Assembly: GCA_026770705.1 (NCBI GenBank)
Contig: JANJGN010000001.1
Location: 137,020,001 to 137,084,000 of the forward strand
Direction: 5' to 3'
Origin: Isurus oxyrinchus
Taxonomy: Eukaryota
Length of the DNA: 64,000 nucleotides
Part shown: positions 62,917-64,000 of the stretch, piece after piece
Layout of the letters: every line of letters begins with the position of its first letter
Numbering within the stretch: position 1 is the first letter of the stretch
Notes under the pieces: generated by a model
Database searches by the model: none
What the model was told of the DNA's origin: nothing
What the model saw: the letters and a program-made list of their open reading frames with translations, nothing else
Position numbers and translations under genes: made by a program

Positions 62917-63061
62917 CAGTTGCTTTAAAGTGATCAATCGAATTTTTGGCAGTTGCATTAGTTTTCCATTGGTTAACAGTGTTAAGGAATCAAATTGCTT
63001 AAACATTGAATATCGTGGCTGGTGAACTGAGATGATGACAGTTTTCCCATGTCTTGCCAAC
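62917..63061 (-). pseudogene. ABCG2: ABCG2 exon 7 remnant (H-loop), frameshifted
   Basis: LARHGKTVIISVHQPRYSMFKQFDSLTLLTNGKLM, then a shift to TAKNSIDHFKAT/gtaagc. 145 nt; ~7 nt lost at the (F/Y)HG codons. Confidence 0.88.
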
Positions 63062-63432
63062 CTGAGAAGAACATACAACGAACATTTTTAAATATTAATG
63101 CCAAAACATTCTGAAACATTACCAGAATATAAACAGGTTAGATAAAGAAAGCCAGAGTTAAATTATACTGCTACATAATCTCTGGAACAGGCACACATTG
63201 AACAGCTCTTTGCAGCACCTGGCACTGGCATGACAGACTGAATGACCTTCTTCTAAATTTGTCCATCAATATGTATTAAAAATCTTGCATAAAACACATG
63301 TTTTCCATCCATAAACATTTATCACAAGATTTGGTCACACCTTTGTGTCAACAGTTACCACCTGTCAACATTCCCTATTCAATTTTACTATGTCAACAAT
63401 CACAATGTAGTTACAGACTCTGGCCAGTAGAT

Positions 63433-63582
63433 GTCACTGCAACACTGGGGATGAGTCACTACAACACTGGGGACGAGTTACTGCAACACTGGGGACGAGT
63501 AACTGCAACACTGGGGACGAGTAACTGCAACGCTGGGGATGAGTCACTACAACACTGGGGACAAGTTACTGCAACAATGGGG
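63433..63582. repeat. 22-bp minisatellite, ~7 copies
   Basis: GTCACTGCAACACTGGGGAYGA-type unit, head-to-tail with no spacers. Confidence 0.9.
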
Positions 63583-64000
63583 CATGGATAAATATGGATA
63601 AATATATTATTCTACATTTTCTCTCTACACGGTTAGGTTTTCTCTTCATATTTTTGTCACATATTTTATCTCAACTCTGTTGCGTTTGAAAGCCTTTAGC
63701 TCACATTTATTATGGTTGAATTTTAGTGAGCTGGATTTTTTTGATAAAATGCTAGCAGATGCTGTTTTCATACTTAGAGTTACTGGCAATTTTATTGGCC
63801 ATTTCATCCTTTATCAAGCAGTGCAAAAAATGTCAGGTGGAATGTGTTACTGAGGAAAATTGGAGGCTTTCTTCAATCTGCAAATGGTCATTGACCAGGA
63901 AGCAGTGAATCGCTGTGAGTGGTGAAGTGCTGCAAGGCTCTGTAAGCAGAGACAAAAGCCATTCTTGTCCCCAATCTCCTGCAGCTGCTCTCTGTACTGA

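Larger units (their letters stand above)
47370..63061 (-). pseudogene. ABCG2: Unprocessed ABCG2-like pseudogene (exons 7-16 region; 5' part outside the window)
   Basis: Colinear ag/gt-bounded exon remnants matching ABCG2, with frameshifts in exons 7 and 16, an in-frame TAA in exon 9, and exons 11, 12 and half of 13 not found. Confidence 0.88.

Noticed and set aside
62890-63078. 62-aa ORF as an intact ABC transporter exon
   Set aside because: After GKLM the ORF leaves the homologous frame, and the downstream exons carry further lesions.
63433-63582. Regular 22-bp repeats resembling a CRISPR array
   Set aside because: Head-to-tail units with no unique spacers, no cas genes, and a vertebrate context.

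Overview
Vertebrate genomic DNA, very probably from a cartilaginous fish (shark). This is inferred from the repeat content (Penelope, CR1, Deu-type SINEs, Tx1, Harbinger) and the divergence of PKD2; the species cannot be determined. The window holds a complete 15-exon PKD2 (polycystin-2/TRPP2) gene on the + strand, ATG 5878 to stop 44382. All introns are GT-AG, and the spliced CDS is 2733 nt (910 aa). Downstream and tail-to-tail on the - strand, I reconstructed a decayed intron-containing ABCG2 copy that the ORF track mostly misses. Remnants of exons 7, 8, 9, 10, 13, possibly 14, 15 and 16 lie at 47370-63061, with frameshifts and a stop. Upstream is a nearly full-length but inactivated Tx1-clade LINE (1 to ~4519, -). 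The PKD2 promoter has a 5x multimerised CCAAT/TGACAG/GC-box module, an RFX X-box and a short uORF, and the putative 3' UTR has an 8-mer miR-17 site. At least seven Penelope-like element ends carry minimal hammerhead-ribozyme motifs. The younger copies have a non-canonical core (CUG-U/C-N-GA, lacking A6), inverted termini and 13-15 bp target duplications; one forms a 43-bp hairpin in the PKD2 3' UTR. No prokaryotic systems or CRISPR arrays are present. Comparisons with human proteins are from memory, not from database searches.
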